Both the position numbers and the translations under genes were made by a program. DNA of 64,000 bases from NCBI RefSeq assembly GCF_009914755.1, contig NC_060932.1; one strand, 5' to 3'. This DNA is from the human T2T-CHM13v2.0 reference genome, Homo sapiens. Of the stretch, positions 47,232 through 60,575 are shown one piece after another; position 1 is the stretch's first letter; every line of letters begins with the position of its first letter. Below the pieces are notes generated by a model that saw only the letters and a list, made by a program, of their open reading frames with translations, was not told where the DNA came from and ran no database searches.

Positions 47232-49189
47232 TCAAGCATTTTTTTAAGCCTCAGAAAAAAAGTACCTATACAGTGGGGAAAAACAACATAATTTTATATG
47301 TACAGTACATTTTTAACTGGAATATGCCTGATTTCTTAGGAAGTATTGTACAGATATTTGGTAACACACTGAGTATTTTGAGCTGAATTGATTAACTGAT
47401 AAGATATATCTTTGAATATATATATTTTTCTTTCATCACATATTCCAGTTGGATATTCATTTTCAAACAGCACCCTTGCAAAGTCTAGACAGATATTCCC
47501 TCTCCTCATTCTTTTTTCTAGGTACACAGTCTGTCTATAAACCATGTAAGACAAATACTACTAGCATTCTATTTTACAGAATTAACTCTCATTATTGGAG
47601 AACCATTCCAATTAGTAGTTAAGATGACAGACACCTGCTCTTCAGGCGACTGCCAGCAGGGCTAAAAGGCAATGCTTGTTGGATGGATTTTAAAAACACA
47701 GAGATGATGTTGAAAGCAACCATAGTGGGTAAAAATGGTTATTTTGAAAACTCATTAACCAGCTGCCATGGAGTGTTCAGTTGATTGATTTTACTATTTT
47801 TTAAACATGACTTTTGATGTCAGCATAGCCAAATATCTGAGTTTTTGAGTTCTTTCTGTATGTGACCATGTAAATCTAATATCTCTAAAGCTATTTTCCA
47901 GTCATGATACCAAGACTTATGCATAAGTACATCCAATCTGAAAGTTACTGTGATCTCACTTGTTTCCAGGAAGTCCCTGCAGCAAGGAGGGGTAAGGCCT
48001 AAATTGCTCCAGTCATGTGGGTTATGTTTTACTTTTCATCATCATTTGGATGCTTTCAAATATATTACCTCAGACTCTTTGACAGTCAGAACTGGCCACA
48101 GATGGGTCTATTCAGTTGATCTTCATCACCTATGCTTTTTCTGGAATTTTTTTCTCCATGTGTAGGGTTCCTTTCTTTACATCTTTTTCTTTCTAACAAT
48201 CGTTTTATCTTACTGCAAGCTCCTGCAATGAGAAGCCCTGATTTGATAAGTCATGTAACATGGCATGAAATCCAGGGTCCAGGGGAGAGCAGGACACAGG
48301 GGCCACCAAGTGTGACATCAGTCCCTGTGCTCTTTCATCCTACCCTGGTGCTTCTCAGCCTGGTTCAATGCTTGGGTCAGGTTTGACATTCAATACGTGA
48401 AGGTACCTCTCCATGTGAAGATGCCTTTGCATTTTTGCAGTATGTCTCTTGCTTTTCATTCTCAGCCCTGCCCCCTGAAAACTGTGTTGCTGGTTTAGAC
48501 ACTTCTTATATCAAGGCTCTCCATCTACCTGTTTTCTTACTGTCACAAGAGTGGATCTGATCTCAGTTTGTTTTGGGAATAGAGATAAACTTACAGTCTT
48601 AGAGTTTCTTTTCTCACTCTTTAGAGTGATTCCACTGTTCCCCCTACTGCATAGTGTTTCTCTCCTGTTATTGGAATTCTTAATGCTTTAGTGAGTGATT
48701 TCTTTTTTATTGCATTTGATACTGTTCCAGCATGGTGTTCACCGAGTCTTATTTCCACACTGAGAAGATCTCATTTCAGAAGCACATCAGGTTTCCTTAG
48801 AACATCAACCCTCAGCTGATTCACTGTTGCAAGGTACACCACAGTCGCACAAAGAGATGGAATTGTCTGTAGCTAAATGGAACTATGTGAAGAGTAACTC
48901 ATGGTTGCTGTTGGCTAGATAATTTAACAGTGATTTATCACATTATCTGTTTTGGAGAAAGAAAGGCAGAGTGGAAACTTTTCCTGTGGTTGAGTGAAGT
49001 TTGTCTGCTTAGGTTGTGTAGTGATTAGAGTACACTGATTTGGGCACCTGCTGTGCAGCTATGAAGTAGAGCTCCTGGTTCTCTGTGTAGTGCTACCAGA
49101 GGGATGGTCAGGCTTCCCCATGGGCTAAACCTGCATTTACTGCTTCTTCTTTAAATCTGTCTTTTTTCAAAATGTAAACATGTAGGAGT

Positions 49190-49515
49190 ATCTTTCTTAG
49201 TCCATTTGGGCTGCTATAACTAACTGCTATAGTCTAGATAGCTTATAAACAACAGAGATTTATTTATTTATTTTTATTTCTAGAGGCTGGGAAGTCCAAG
49301 ATCAAGGAATTGACAGATTCTGTGTCCAATAAGGCCACTTTCTGGTTCATAGATGGTGTCTTCTTGCTGTGTCCTTGCATGGTGGAAGGGAAGACCAAGC
49401 TCCCTGAGGCCTCTTTTATGAGGGCACTAATCCCATCAGTGAAGGCTTTGCCCTGTGATCTGGCTACCTTTTAATGGCCCCATCTCTTAGTATCATCACC
49501 TTGGAGGTTAACTTT
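49190..49515 (-). mobile_element. MLT1A0-like LTR
   Basis: tcttagtccatttgggctgctataac ... gggaagtccaagatcaagg ... atcatcaccttggaggtta. Confidence 0.8.
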
Positions 49516-49665
49516 ACCTCTCAGTGACATGGGTGTCAAAGAATTTGCAGACATATTTTAAAAGCAGCACACCTCTCTAAGACAATGTTAATATATTCTT
49601 TAGATTTGAATCTAAAGGCATGCCTTGTTTCTGTAATCCTGATTGATCAATTGATTCAAGAGTTA

Positions 49666-50185
<520 letters not shown>

Positions 50186-51488
50186 TTAGTTCACCTATCT
50201 GTCATCACTCAAAAGAGCTTTTAAGCCAGACAGATTAGAAGCCAACAGAATGAATTATAACTTGGTATCTTGGGTGAGAAAATATGTTTCTAAAATATAA
50301 TTAGAATAACATTTGTTTTGCTTTGTTTTGTTTTGTTTTGTTTGTACATATAATTTAGTTAAAAGGCATATATTCAAATAATTGACTGATTTAGTGACAG
50401 AAGGCAAATGTTTTCTGAAGAGTATTAAGAGGCTTCCAGTCACATGTTTGAAATGTACAGATGATAGTAACCCCACACCCCTCTACTGTTGGTGGAAAAA
50501 ACACTGGGTGGGCTCAGAAAGCTGGAAGATTGCTGCCAGAGGCTCCTTAGGGCTTCCCTGGACCCCTTTCTTTCACTACAAAATTGATGCCAGTGCAGAG
50601 GCCTAAGATAGTTCTAAAATTCCAGACTCATCAACTCATAAAAATATCACTAATCATTCATACAGTGAGGCAGGATTTTAGAGGAGTATTTGGTTTGAGC
50701 CCCCATTTTAGACATGGATGTCACGGGCTCTTTTCTACTTCGAGGTTATTTTTCTATGTGCTCATCTGCATATCTGGAGATAGTTCTACACGAGGATCAT
50801 GTGCCTGAGCCTCAGTGGCTGGTCACCACCCTAATGTGAGCCTCTTACCAGCCAACATTGTCCCCTAGGGAGACTCTTCCCTATGCCCTGGGTAGGACAT
50901 TATCACTGAAACCATGGATTCACAAAGGATTTTGAGACAAAAGATGTCTGCCCTGAGCACATATGCATTTTAGGAATGAGGAGAATGGATTCAAGACAGA
51001 GAAAAGATGACTGGAGTGGGTCAGATGTAAGGTGATGAAGGTGCGAATTATGCAGTGGTTATGCAGGTGAAAATTAATGCACATATATGAAGAGTTTGCG
51101 GAGTCAATTGGCAAATTATATGAACTGCTTGGGGCTGAGGGACAATATTGGGCTGGGAGTACATTGTGTTTGAGCGTTTCTGTCTGTGTAGTGGGAGTGT
51201 GACTCACTGAAAGGTGAGGAAGGACGGGCCTTTGGCTGGAAGGTAGGGAAGAAAAGGGAACTGGGAGAAGTTGTTCTTGGTTATTACACAGGAAAACATG
51301 ACCCCCAAAACTTTGTTGCTGGCAGAGAAGAAATATTGCTTAGCAAAGGGCATTTACTTAATGCAAAGAACTTCCTTTTCTAGGGGCCAGTTTTTTTTTT
51401 TTTCTTTAACCATCGCTACTCAAGTAATAAGATTTAAGTGAGTGCTGTTTTTTAAAATCCAGACTTTTTTTTTTCTTTTTAATTCAAG

Positions 51489-51579
51489 GGCCTAATCAAG
51501 GGAATGGAAGATGAGGAGAATGAAGGCTCTGGGAATTTATTTTCATCGTGGACCGGACTTTTTATCAGCCAGGAAAAAG
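51489..51579 (+). other. Candidate 91-nt internal exon
   Basis: Long polypyrimidine tract + aattcaAG acceptor and AAG|GTGAGT donor; no transcript evidence. Confidence 0.4.
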
Positions 51580-52899
51580 GTGAGTAAATATGACCTGGTG
51601 TTTTTGAAAACTGCATAAACTTCAGTGCTCGGGGATTTCCTGAAGCTGGCTATTAATGGAGGCTCTTCCCCTAACACTCAGGAGACCTGTGGGTATGGGA
51701 AGGGGCCATTGGATTGCCACAGCGACTGGGTGGGGTGCCTCTGGCACTTCCTGGGAGGTCATCAAGGGTGCCAAGTGAGCCACGGTACATGGACACTCAC
51801 ACATAAAAGTCTTAAAGGCTGGTACCTCTCACAAAATGCCAATAGCACCTGCTCAGAGAAACAACGAGGCTGGACCTGCAAAATGAGCTTGCACCAAGGG
51901 CTCTGTGATTCCTTAACTTTAAGCTCAACCCTAAACTGACCGAGTCTTGTTGCCTGAGGTCTCTTTGGGAGGGAGCCCACAGGCTGAGCCGGGATCAGCT
52001 GCTGGTGGTGAAAACCGATGCTGGGGTTGCGGCAGGGGAATCCTGGAGATGAGGGGGCACAGGAGCTGTGCATGCCAGGCCTGGCGGGAAAGGCTTTTCC
52101 AGAAAGCACCCGGGGCTGGAGAGACATAGTCCTGGGGACAACGCGGGCTGAGGCTTTGGGCAGGAGGTTCTACTGTGGCTGAATGCTGAGACTGGCTGAA
52201 TGGGGCAGGCTTCAGGGTCTGTCAGATACCTGCCCCCAAGAAGCAGTTCCATAAAAGAGAAAAGAGAATCCCTGTCTTTTGTCCTTCTTTCCATCACAGA
52301 TGTCAGCATCTGATGGCATTTCCCCTTCTGTGTGGCACAGTTCAGGGCTATTTGTTGGGTTTTACTAGAGAACAGCCTGTCTCCTGGGATTCTGTAGTGA
52401 CGAGGCTTCCGCATGAAGCTTCAGATGTTCTAAAAAGCGGGATGCAGGGCCCAGTGAGCTGCAGAGTGATGAAGTGGGGGAAGTTCCCCAGTGTCGCTGC
52501 TGGGACACAATGCCTGACTCCCGTAAGTAAAGCAACACTACAGGGGTGGCTTAGGATGCACGCAGCCTGCCATTAGTGGAGGGGGCATTTGGTTTCCCCT
52601 AAAAGGGATGAGGTACCATCATTGCTGCTCTGTGCCAGGTGTGGGAGGAAGCTTTTGTGGGGTGGGCCTCACAGGGTCTGGCCTGGAGGCCTGAGCAGCT
52701 CTAGTCTTTTCATGGTGAAAAGCAGTGAGATTCTGAATTGGAGCAATACTATCTTCCAGCACCTGAGTCCTATAGCAACCAGCATGCTTCCACTGCAAAG
52801 TCTGGAAATGCATCTGGGAAGCATCAACCAAGGGCCAGATGCTCTGCCTGGTGGGGGACACCAGGGGACATTACCCTCAAGGAGTTAGCCTGTAGGGAA

Positions 52900-53830
52900 G
52901 GCAGATGGGAAAGCAAACAATGTCAATGGAGTTCAACACATGGCCACAATAGACAGCTGTAAAAGATAGGAAGGGGGCACAGACGAGGGGGTCGTCAATT
53001 CTGCACAGGAGGGTAGAGGAGGCAGGGCAGGGAAATCTCCCCAGGAGATATGATGGCTGAGTGGGGCCTTGAAGAGTGGGTATAGAGTAGCCAAGATGAC
53101 AAAGGGGTATGGAAGTCCAGGAAGAAGCCGTGGCATAACAAAGGCATGGCTGTGTGGAATAACACATGGAAGTTGTAAGTAGCTCCTTAGGGCTGTTTAT
53201 GGAGGTGAGCTGGGAGCAGTGGCAGCTGGCAGTCAGGTAGGGGCCAGATCAAAGGACCTTTTGTGTCACATTGAGGAGCTGAGAAGTCATCCTGTGAATG
53301 AAACGGCACCTTGAGGGGCTTGAGGTTGGACAGCAAGGCAGTCATAGCTGTGTATCTCTGCCAGAGGACGCTACACTGCCAAAACACATCGGAAGGATTG
53401 GGAAGGGGAAAGATTGGGATTTGCAAGGTCAGTTTTAGGAGGTCATTGTGCTTAAGAGTCTTGGTGATGAAGCCTGGGATGAAGGCACTGGCCCTGGGGT
53501 AGTTCAAGGGCACTTCTGTGATATACTCAAGAGGTGGACACAACAGGATCTCACGGTTCCTGGGAAATATGAGGCAGAAAAGGGAAATATAGCTCTAGAG
53601 CTCCAAATTGGGTGACAGAGTGAATTGTGGTGCTAACAACCAGGGTAAGGTATATAGGAGAAGGTTTTTTGTTTTTGATTGAGAGTGGTTGGGTATGAGA
53701 GGTTGGGAGGAAAAAGAAAGAGAGAATGAGCTCAATGGAGTTAGTTTTAGACCCAGTGCATTTGAGATGTTTATGAGATGTTCAGGTGGAGATGTCCAGC
53801 AGGCAGCTGGGTGTATAGTGGAGCCCCCTG
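52900..53830 (-). mobile_element. L2 body fragment
   Basis: ggggccagatcaaaggaccttttg; atttgagatgtttatgagatgttcaggtggagatgtccagcaggcagctgg. Confidence 0.7.
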
Positions 53831-54059
53831 TCATTCACATAATTCATTTACTCAAATTTAAGGACACACAGTCAGCAAACAGAGAGACACAGAGAAAGAA
53901 ATAGACAGTTTAAAAAGTGTTGATCACTCCACTCTGCTCAGCACATGCTTAGTACAGAGGATGAGATGGAAGACCCCCGCCCTCCAGTGCCTCAGTGGGG
54001 CCCAATTGCCAGGTGCGCCTCGAAGCCTGAGCATCTGGCCTTGCTGAGTGTGGCTCTAG

Positions 54060-54248
54060 GGTGGGGTCAGCAGGCCTGTACCTAATGGCCAGATCTGACC
54101 CGTCACCTGTTTTTGTTTGGCCAGTGAGCTAAGAATAATTTTTAAAATTCTAAATGTTAAAAAACAAATCAAAAGAATATCTCATGTCATGTAATAATTT
54201 TATGAAATCCAAATGTCAGTGTTTATAAAGTTGCATTGGAACATAGGA
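54060..54248. mobile_element. MER58B-like partial, opposite orientation to the 33.7-kb copy
   Basis: cacctgtttttgtttggccagtgagctaagaat ... tatgaaatccaaatgtcagtgt. Confidence 0.7.
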
Positions 54249-54249
54249 A

Positions 54250-54640
54250 CAGGGAGTCAGCAGGGCCTTTCTGGAGGCTCTAGGGGAGAATCCATTCTCT
54301 TGCCTTTTTGCAGTCCCAGAGGCTGCCTGAATTCCTACACTTGCAGCTCCTTCTCCATCTTTAAAGCCAGAAATGAGGATTGAGTCTTCCTCCCATCACA
54401 GTGATTCTGACACTCACTCTTCTGCCTCCTCTTCCACATTTAAGGACCCTTGTGGTTACACTGAGCCCACCCAGGTAATCCAGGAAAATCTCCCCATCTC
54501 AGGCCAGTTGATGCACAGCCTTAATTTCATTAGCTACCTTAATTCCCCTCTGCTATGTAACACAACTCGATTACAAGTTCTGGAAATTAGGACATAGACA
54601 TCTTTGCTGGGGGGGTGGGTAGTTTTATCCTGCTGACCAC
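54250..54640 (-). mobile_element. MLT1C-like LTR, partial
   Basis: ctggaggctctaggggagaatcc ... ttccacatttaaggacccttgtg ... gtaatccaggaaaatctccccatctca. Confidence 0.8.
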
Positions 54641-55684
54641 AGATAGAGATACAGACTTGGGAATTCACAGATTTAGGGTGGTATTGAAGAGCAAGAGAAT
54701 GGATGGTACAGCTCATGGAAAAGGCATGACTGAGATGAGGCATAAGGAAAAATCCATGGCACACACAAGGCTTTGAGTGGCACAAGAGGAAAATCCTAAA
54801 AAGGAGATGGAAACAGGAACAGTTCAAGGAAAGTATCTGATCTAGAAAGCCAAAAAGAGAAAAGACTTCCAAGCAGAAGAGAGGAAAATGCTATATGGCA
54901 GCCAGGAGAGATCTGGGCTGAAAGGCAGCCTTCGGACTTGGTGACTACACATGGTGGTGGTGCCTGATGGCTTGGCAAGACCTGTTGTTAGTACCCTCGT
55001 CCCCTTCCAAGCCCCTGTGACTTGTCTGGGGAACAAGAGTGGAGCACTTGATTTAGGCCTATCCACAGCATTGCTTTTTCCCGCCTGTAGGAGTTGGTTC
55101 AGGGCTGAGCGCTTGATTCTATGTGGGTCAATGAGAAGCAATGAGGAGCCATGAGATTGTGCTGGGATGATTTTAATGTAGGGTTTTTCCAGGCCTGTGG
55201 CTTCCGTGACCATCTTTACACCCAAGTGAAGAAGGTTTGATGAGGGAGTAAGGGAGAGAAGAGAGAGAGTAGGAATAAGAGCAAGAGAAAGGAGAGATTG
55301 AGAAGGAGAAATCAGGTCAGATGACATCATGTGAGCCCTGCTGAAGCCAAGACTGGACACCTCACTTCTGGAACCAATATATTTGTTTTTATTTTTCTGA
55401 AGTCAGTTGGAGCCTGGCTTTCTGTCACTTGAGCCATATGAATCCTATCTGATCTGGGGGTCTTTAGCATCTTTTGCCGTGCAGAATCGGTGAGTAGAAG
55501 CTTGAAGATGGTGTGCTAAAAATGCACCTCACAAAAGAAAAGAGCCTCTAGTAGAGATGCATTCGCCTTGGTGACTACCATATGTTAAAAGATGAAGCCT
55601 GTAGGATATTCAGAGAGGGCTCCCCGCTGGGCCTGTGCCCTCTCGGGCTCTCCGGCTGACTCTCTGTGGTGATGACTGCTCTAG

Positions 55685-55878
55685 AGCAGCCGCTCTGGAA
55701 GCATGGACCTGGCACAAGCCACATCAGCATCACTTGGGAATTGGTTAGAAATCCAAAGTCTCAGATTTCTCCAGACTTCCTGGATGAGAAACTCTGGTGA
55801 CTGTGGAAGCCCACAGTCTGTATTTTTAATAGGCCTTCCGAATGACTGTGATGTACACTAAGGTTTGAGAACCATTGT
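55685..55878. mobile_element. MER5A
   Basis: atcagcatcacttgggaattggttagaaat ... cactaaggtttgagaaccattg. Confidence 0.75.
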
Positions 55879-56128
55879 TCCTGGACTGCAGTTTCTAACT
55901 GTTGCAGGGAAGAGTATCACTGGAGGGTCATATTGGATGCACGTGGAATTCAGTGGATCTTGAGGTCAAGGGAGGCTGGAGATGTGATTTCCCTGCTGAA
56001 ACTGACACACTGAAATTCTTACCTTTAAACACTTGGTTCACAGCCTCACTGCAACAACATGATTTTGTGATAGAAGTTGAAACACAGGTTTGGGTTTTCC
56101 TGAAACATCAAAGTGCTGTGATTTTCCA

Positions 56129-56575
56129 GTTGCAAAGACATGGCATCAACCTAAATGCCCATCAATGGTAGACCGGATAAAGAAAATGTGGTACACAGAC
56201 ACCACAGAATATTATGCAGCCATAAAAAAGAATAAGATCATGTCCTTTGCAGGGACATGGATGGAGCTGGAGGCCATTATCCTTAGCAAACTAATGCAGG
56301 AACAGAAAACAAAATATCACATGTTCTCACTTACATGTGGGTGCTAAATGATGAGAACACACATGGACACATAGAAGGGAACAACACACACCGGGGCCTT
56401 TTGGAGGGTGGAGTGTGGGAGGAGGGAGAGGATCAGGAAAAGTAACTAATGGACACTAGACTTAATACCTGGGTGATGGAATAATCTGTACAGCAAAACC
56501 CCATGACACAAGCTTACCTATGTAACAAACCTATGCACATGTAGCCCGGAAGTTAAAATAAATGTTAAGAAAACA
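56129..56575 (+). mobile_element. 5'-truncated L1PA15/16-like 3' end
   Basis: ORF2 C-terminus AKTWHQPKCPSMVD...KYHMFSL and 3'UTR; decayed TSD caaagtgctgtgattt/caaagggcagtgattt. Confidence 0.85.
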
Positions 56576-57029
56576 AAGGGCAGTGATTTGTGAGTTCTGG
56601 TTTCTTTTCTGGAAATTGTGATGATTGATTTAGATCTCTTTAGTCACAGCTGTATAATCCCACTGGCTCCTGATGAAGTGTGGTGTCATGGAAGAGAATG
56701 TGATCAATGAGGAAGCATCCCACTTCTTCAAGTACAATGGGGTGTACGAAAGCGGGTGTCTTCTATATAAAATGGAAAATGAAGCTCTTCGATAATGGAT
56801 TCTTACTCTATCTAGGGCTTCACTGGGCTAAGAGCTATGCAGCGTGCTGCATAATAGAAGACATTTAATGGGGTGCATTTCAGAGACACAGAAATCCACC
56901 AGGACTCCCAGTTAAGATGGAGGGGGAAATGACCTTAGGAAAGTCTGAATCACTTTCCTCAGAGGTAGGAGGTGAGTACCTGCTGGTGCCAGGTACTTTT
57001 GCTTTACTTCTCACAGCAGAGTAAACATT

Positions 57030-57245
57030 CATGGAGGGAGAAAACATGGGCTTGGAAGTCACGGAACCTGAGTTTGAATCTTGGTGCTATCACTTGGTAG
57101 CTGTGTGACCTTAGATATGGGACCAAATCCATCTGAGCACCTGTTTTTCCATTTAGAAAATGGGGATAATACTTGTCTTCTTCAGTTGTCATGAGGTGTA
57201 GAAGGGATGTAAGAAGCACTTGATACATAAAACATACTCAGTTGA
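57030..57245 (+). mobile_element. MIR
   Basis: acctgagtttgaatcttgg ... tagctgtgtgacctt ... ctgtttttccatttagaaaatggggataatac. Confidence 0.75.
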
Positions 57246-58749
57246 TTTTCCTCTCCTCTAAGCCATCTATTATACTTCCCCAGTCTCCTTTCCTCAAGTG
57301 CCGAGCGTCTTCATGTTGCCCTCCTGAGTCGCAAGTCTTACACTCTTGCCAGACTGTTTCTCTGCTATGTCCTCAAGTCTTCAGAATTACTTTCCTTTCC
57401 TCCTCCAATAATAACCTCCCCTTTCCAACATAGCCAGGCTCGATGTTGCCATTACCATCTAATTAAAGAAATTGATGATCCTGCTGAACTTGACAGGGCA
57501 AGGCCTCCCAGGTGCTCACTGCTTTGCCCTTTCCAGTCTGCAAAGGAGCTGATTAAGCCACAGGACTCTCCTGCTGGCAGGTGTATGGAGAAGGTGCACC
57601 TTGGGGCTGATAGGTGCTTCTGGGATCTCCTCTCATGGATGCGTTCTCTCCTGCCTCCATTCATTCATTCATGCAGTGAACGGGTGGAGGGTCTGACTTA
57701 CAAGAGCCAGGTACTGTGCTGGTTACAGGGGAAGGAAAGATGAATGAGATAGTCTTGCAAGTCAAGAAACTCAGACCTGGAGAGTAGACAGACTCAGAAA
57801 GTTATAATGAAGAATAGAGTATTTGGGGAATGCAGAAGAGGAGGCATAAGTCAACAAGATGGGTAGAGTGTGCCCGTCAGGAAAGGAGGATGCCTTCAGG
57901 AAGGTTTGAGTCTCAAAAGACAATTAAATAGGTGAAGAGGTCAGGAGATGGCCTGTTAGCTAAGGAGCCAGTATTACCAACAACAGAGATAAGACACACA
58001 GGGTGTGTTCCTGAGAACCCCAGAAAATTACATTGTTCCTCTGTACAGTTTGAGATAATGTTTGAAGATAAGGCTGAGTTAGGCTGTGGCCTGCTAATTT
58101 TATCCAATGAATGGGCAGCCCCTATAAGTGTCCATTGGGCAGGGACAGGGAGTGGCTGATCAGACTTAACTAAATGTCTAGCTAAAATGTCTTGAGTGCT
58201 TACCACGTGCCAGGCACTGTTTTAAGCGTTTCACTGTAATTGAATCATTTAATGTAGCTCCCTCTAGCACGGAGGGGAGGATGGGCTTGGGAAGGGGAGA
58301 CGGGGGGCAGGGAGGTTGATCAGAAGCAGGAATGAATGAACATGGGGTAAGGGTGGGGGGATAGGGGTCCAGTGGGTCCCCAGGAGTCCAGCGCTGGCAG
58401 TGGTCTGAAGAGTGGTATCATGGACCGAGCCAGAGAAGGGGGAGAGCAGCAGGCTCCCAGGAAGGGCTGAGTTATCTCTGGGAGTGCCCCATAGAGCTGG
58501 GCGTCACATCTCATGGGGAAAGGGTAGTTTGTCCTTGGACCCTGAAGCTGGAAATCTTGCATTCACCCCAGGTCTGGCCTTTGTACTACCAGGTGTTGGC
58601 TCGCTCTTTCCCGATTGTAAATACAATATCTCTGCCTCACACACATCTTTGTTCCAAACCAGATCTCTTGCAGGAGAGGAAAGTCGTCCGCGACAATGGC
58701 TTCTCCTTGCTCTTGTTGCACTGAAGCTTTGAGAACTGCTAGAAGCACC

Positions 58750-59850
58750 CGCGCTGCGGGAAGACAGCTGAACATCCTTGCCTCTCCAGGATGCCCTCAA
58801 AGGAGGCGAGTTGCTGCTACGCCGCCCTTGACCTCTGCCTTTGCCCGAGCGCTCTGCCCTCCTCAAAACGCACGCGGGCAGTGAGGGGCTCATCGCCTGG
58901 CGCCGCCGGTGGCGCCGGCTGCCAGCAGAGGGCAGCATTGAGACACGAACGAGGGAGCGCCCGCGAGGCGCCGCGGGGGCAGCGGAACCGCAGGACCCCA
59001 GCTCCGTGGCGGCTCCAACCTTTCAAGCGACTCCCCCGGGAACCCTTTCTGCCGGGTGTGGGCTGCCGAAAATGAGCAGGTGATAGGAGTGAAAAATGAA
59101 ACAATTCTGTTCGGCAGAATGAAAATGAGTTGTCAATTAGCATCTTATCTGCCGATGTCACCTTCTCCGCGCTTTAAGATGGCTTTGTCTGCGGGCAGGA
59201 GCCGGGGACCTCCCCAGGGCAGAAAGTGGTGGCGCCGCCAGCAGCGGGAGGGGCGTCAGGGGACCGAGCGGAGGCCGGGGGCGGGGGCTAAGGACCCAGG
59301 GCCCGTGCAGAAGGGAGGGCGCAGGCGTATTTCCAGCCTGCTGGGGCCAGGTGGAAGGCGACATCCCGGCCTCAGGGGGAGGCACGGGGAGGGCGCGAGA
59401 GAGGGCTGCCAGGATCGTGCTTCCCCTCGGTGGTCGGGGTCTGCTTCCGCGTCGGTTCTGTTTATCAGGAGGGCTGGGGGGGATGTTTGGAGTTTTCTTT
59501 GTCCTTCACGGTCTCAGTTGACCCTCTGCGGCCCCGCCATTCTCCTTGCCGGCTCCCTCTTGTGCCGTCGCAGATTCCTGGGCGCAGCACGAGGCTACAC
59601 CTGGTCCTGGATCCTCTCTATTTGGCCAGAAGGGAGGGAGTCTTTTTGTCTCCATTTCCTGCCTCCACACTGTGGAGGCTGAGCCACGTTCCAGAGTCTG
59701 AGCTGGCCCTCAGCGGAGCTCTTGCAGGAAGCAGCCGAGGTGCGTCTCCGCCACGGACCCCAAGCTGCCCAAGTTAAGTCCTTCTAGAAGGGCGCATTCC
59801 ATGGAGACCAGAAAGAGAGCAGCAAGCGAGCTGGGAGGGCTGGGTTAGCA
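58750..59850. promoter_or_regulatory. CpG island, probable promoter; gene unidentified
   Basis: High GC and dense undecayed CpG in non-repeat sequence; GC box ggggcgggg (~59277-59285); YY1-like aagatggc (~59176-59183). Confidence 0.8.
58920..58937 (+). promoter_or_regulatory. Consensus CTCF site
   Basis: tgccagcagagggcagca, a near-perfect CTCF core. Confidence 0.7.
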
Positions 59851-60261
59851 GGAGGCGGTCACTGTGAGATCTCCTTCCTTCAGACCCATTAAATAATGAT
59901 TTTATCCTTGGGCGAAGGTTCCTTGCTGCTGCAAAAGCTGAATCTTTGCTGTTCCCCAGCGTGCTTTATTTCTTTACAGATAGTATTGATTGTTTCCTCT
60001 GGATGGTTACCCTCAAAGCCCCAATTTCACCCGCACTCATGGTCTTGGTGTAAATGAAAGCCGTCTCATTTGATGATCATGAAGACCATAAATTAACTTC
60101 CGCTAAGAGATTTGGAGTGAAGGGAAGCATTTCTTCCGTCCTATTAGAAGTGATACACTTGGCTGGTTGAGTCAAATTCCTACCTGGCACCAGCAAAGGA
60201 AATGCTTGTAACTAGTTGGAGAACCCAAAGCATATTTAGGAATATATACTTTAATTTTTTT

Positions 60262-60575
60262 ATTATTTTATTTTATTTTTTATTTGTTTTTATTTTTTCG
60301 AGACGGAGTCTCGCTGTGTCGCCCAGGCTGGAGCGCAGTGGCGCGATCTCGGCTCACTGGAAGCTCCGCCTCCCAGGTTCATGCCATTCTCCTGCCTCAG
60401 CCTCCCGAGCAGCTGGGACTAAGGCGCCTGCCACCATGCCCGGCTAAATTTTTTTTTTGTATTTTTAGTAGAGATGGGGTTTCACCGTGTTAGCCAGGAT
60501 GGTCTCGATCTCCTGACCTCGTGATCCGCCCGCCTCGATCTCCCAAAGTACTGGGATTACAGGCGTGAGCCACCG
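60262..60575 (-). mobile_element. AluY, CpG-rich, missing ~9 nt at the 5' end
   Basis: Y diagnostics (aagctccgcc, gttagccaggatggtctcgatc, cctcgtgatcc); TSD taattttttt at 60252-60261 and 60576-60585. Confidence 0.92.

Noticed and set aside
54842-55360. 172-aa minus-strand ORF
   Set aside because: Starts at a non-ATG codon, lies in old repeat-like purine-rich sequence and has no recognisable domain
58504-59777. Overlapping 100-208 aa ORFs in the CpG island
   Set aside because: Arg/Gly/Pro-rich ORFs on both strands are expected from stop-codon scarcity at high GC; no recognisable domain
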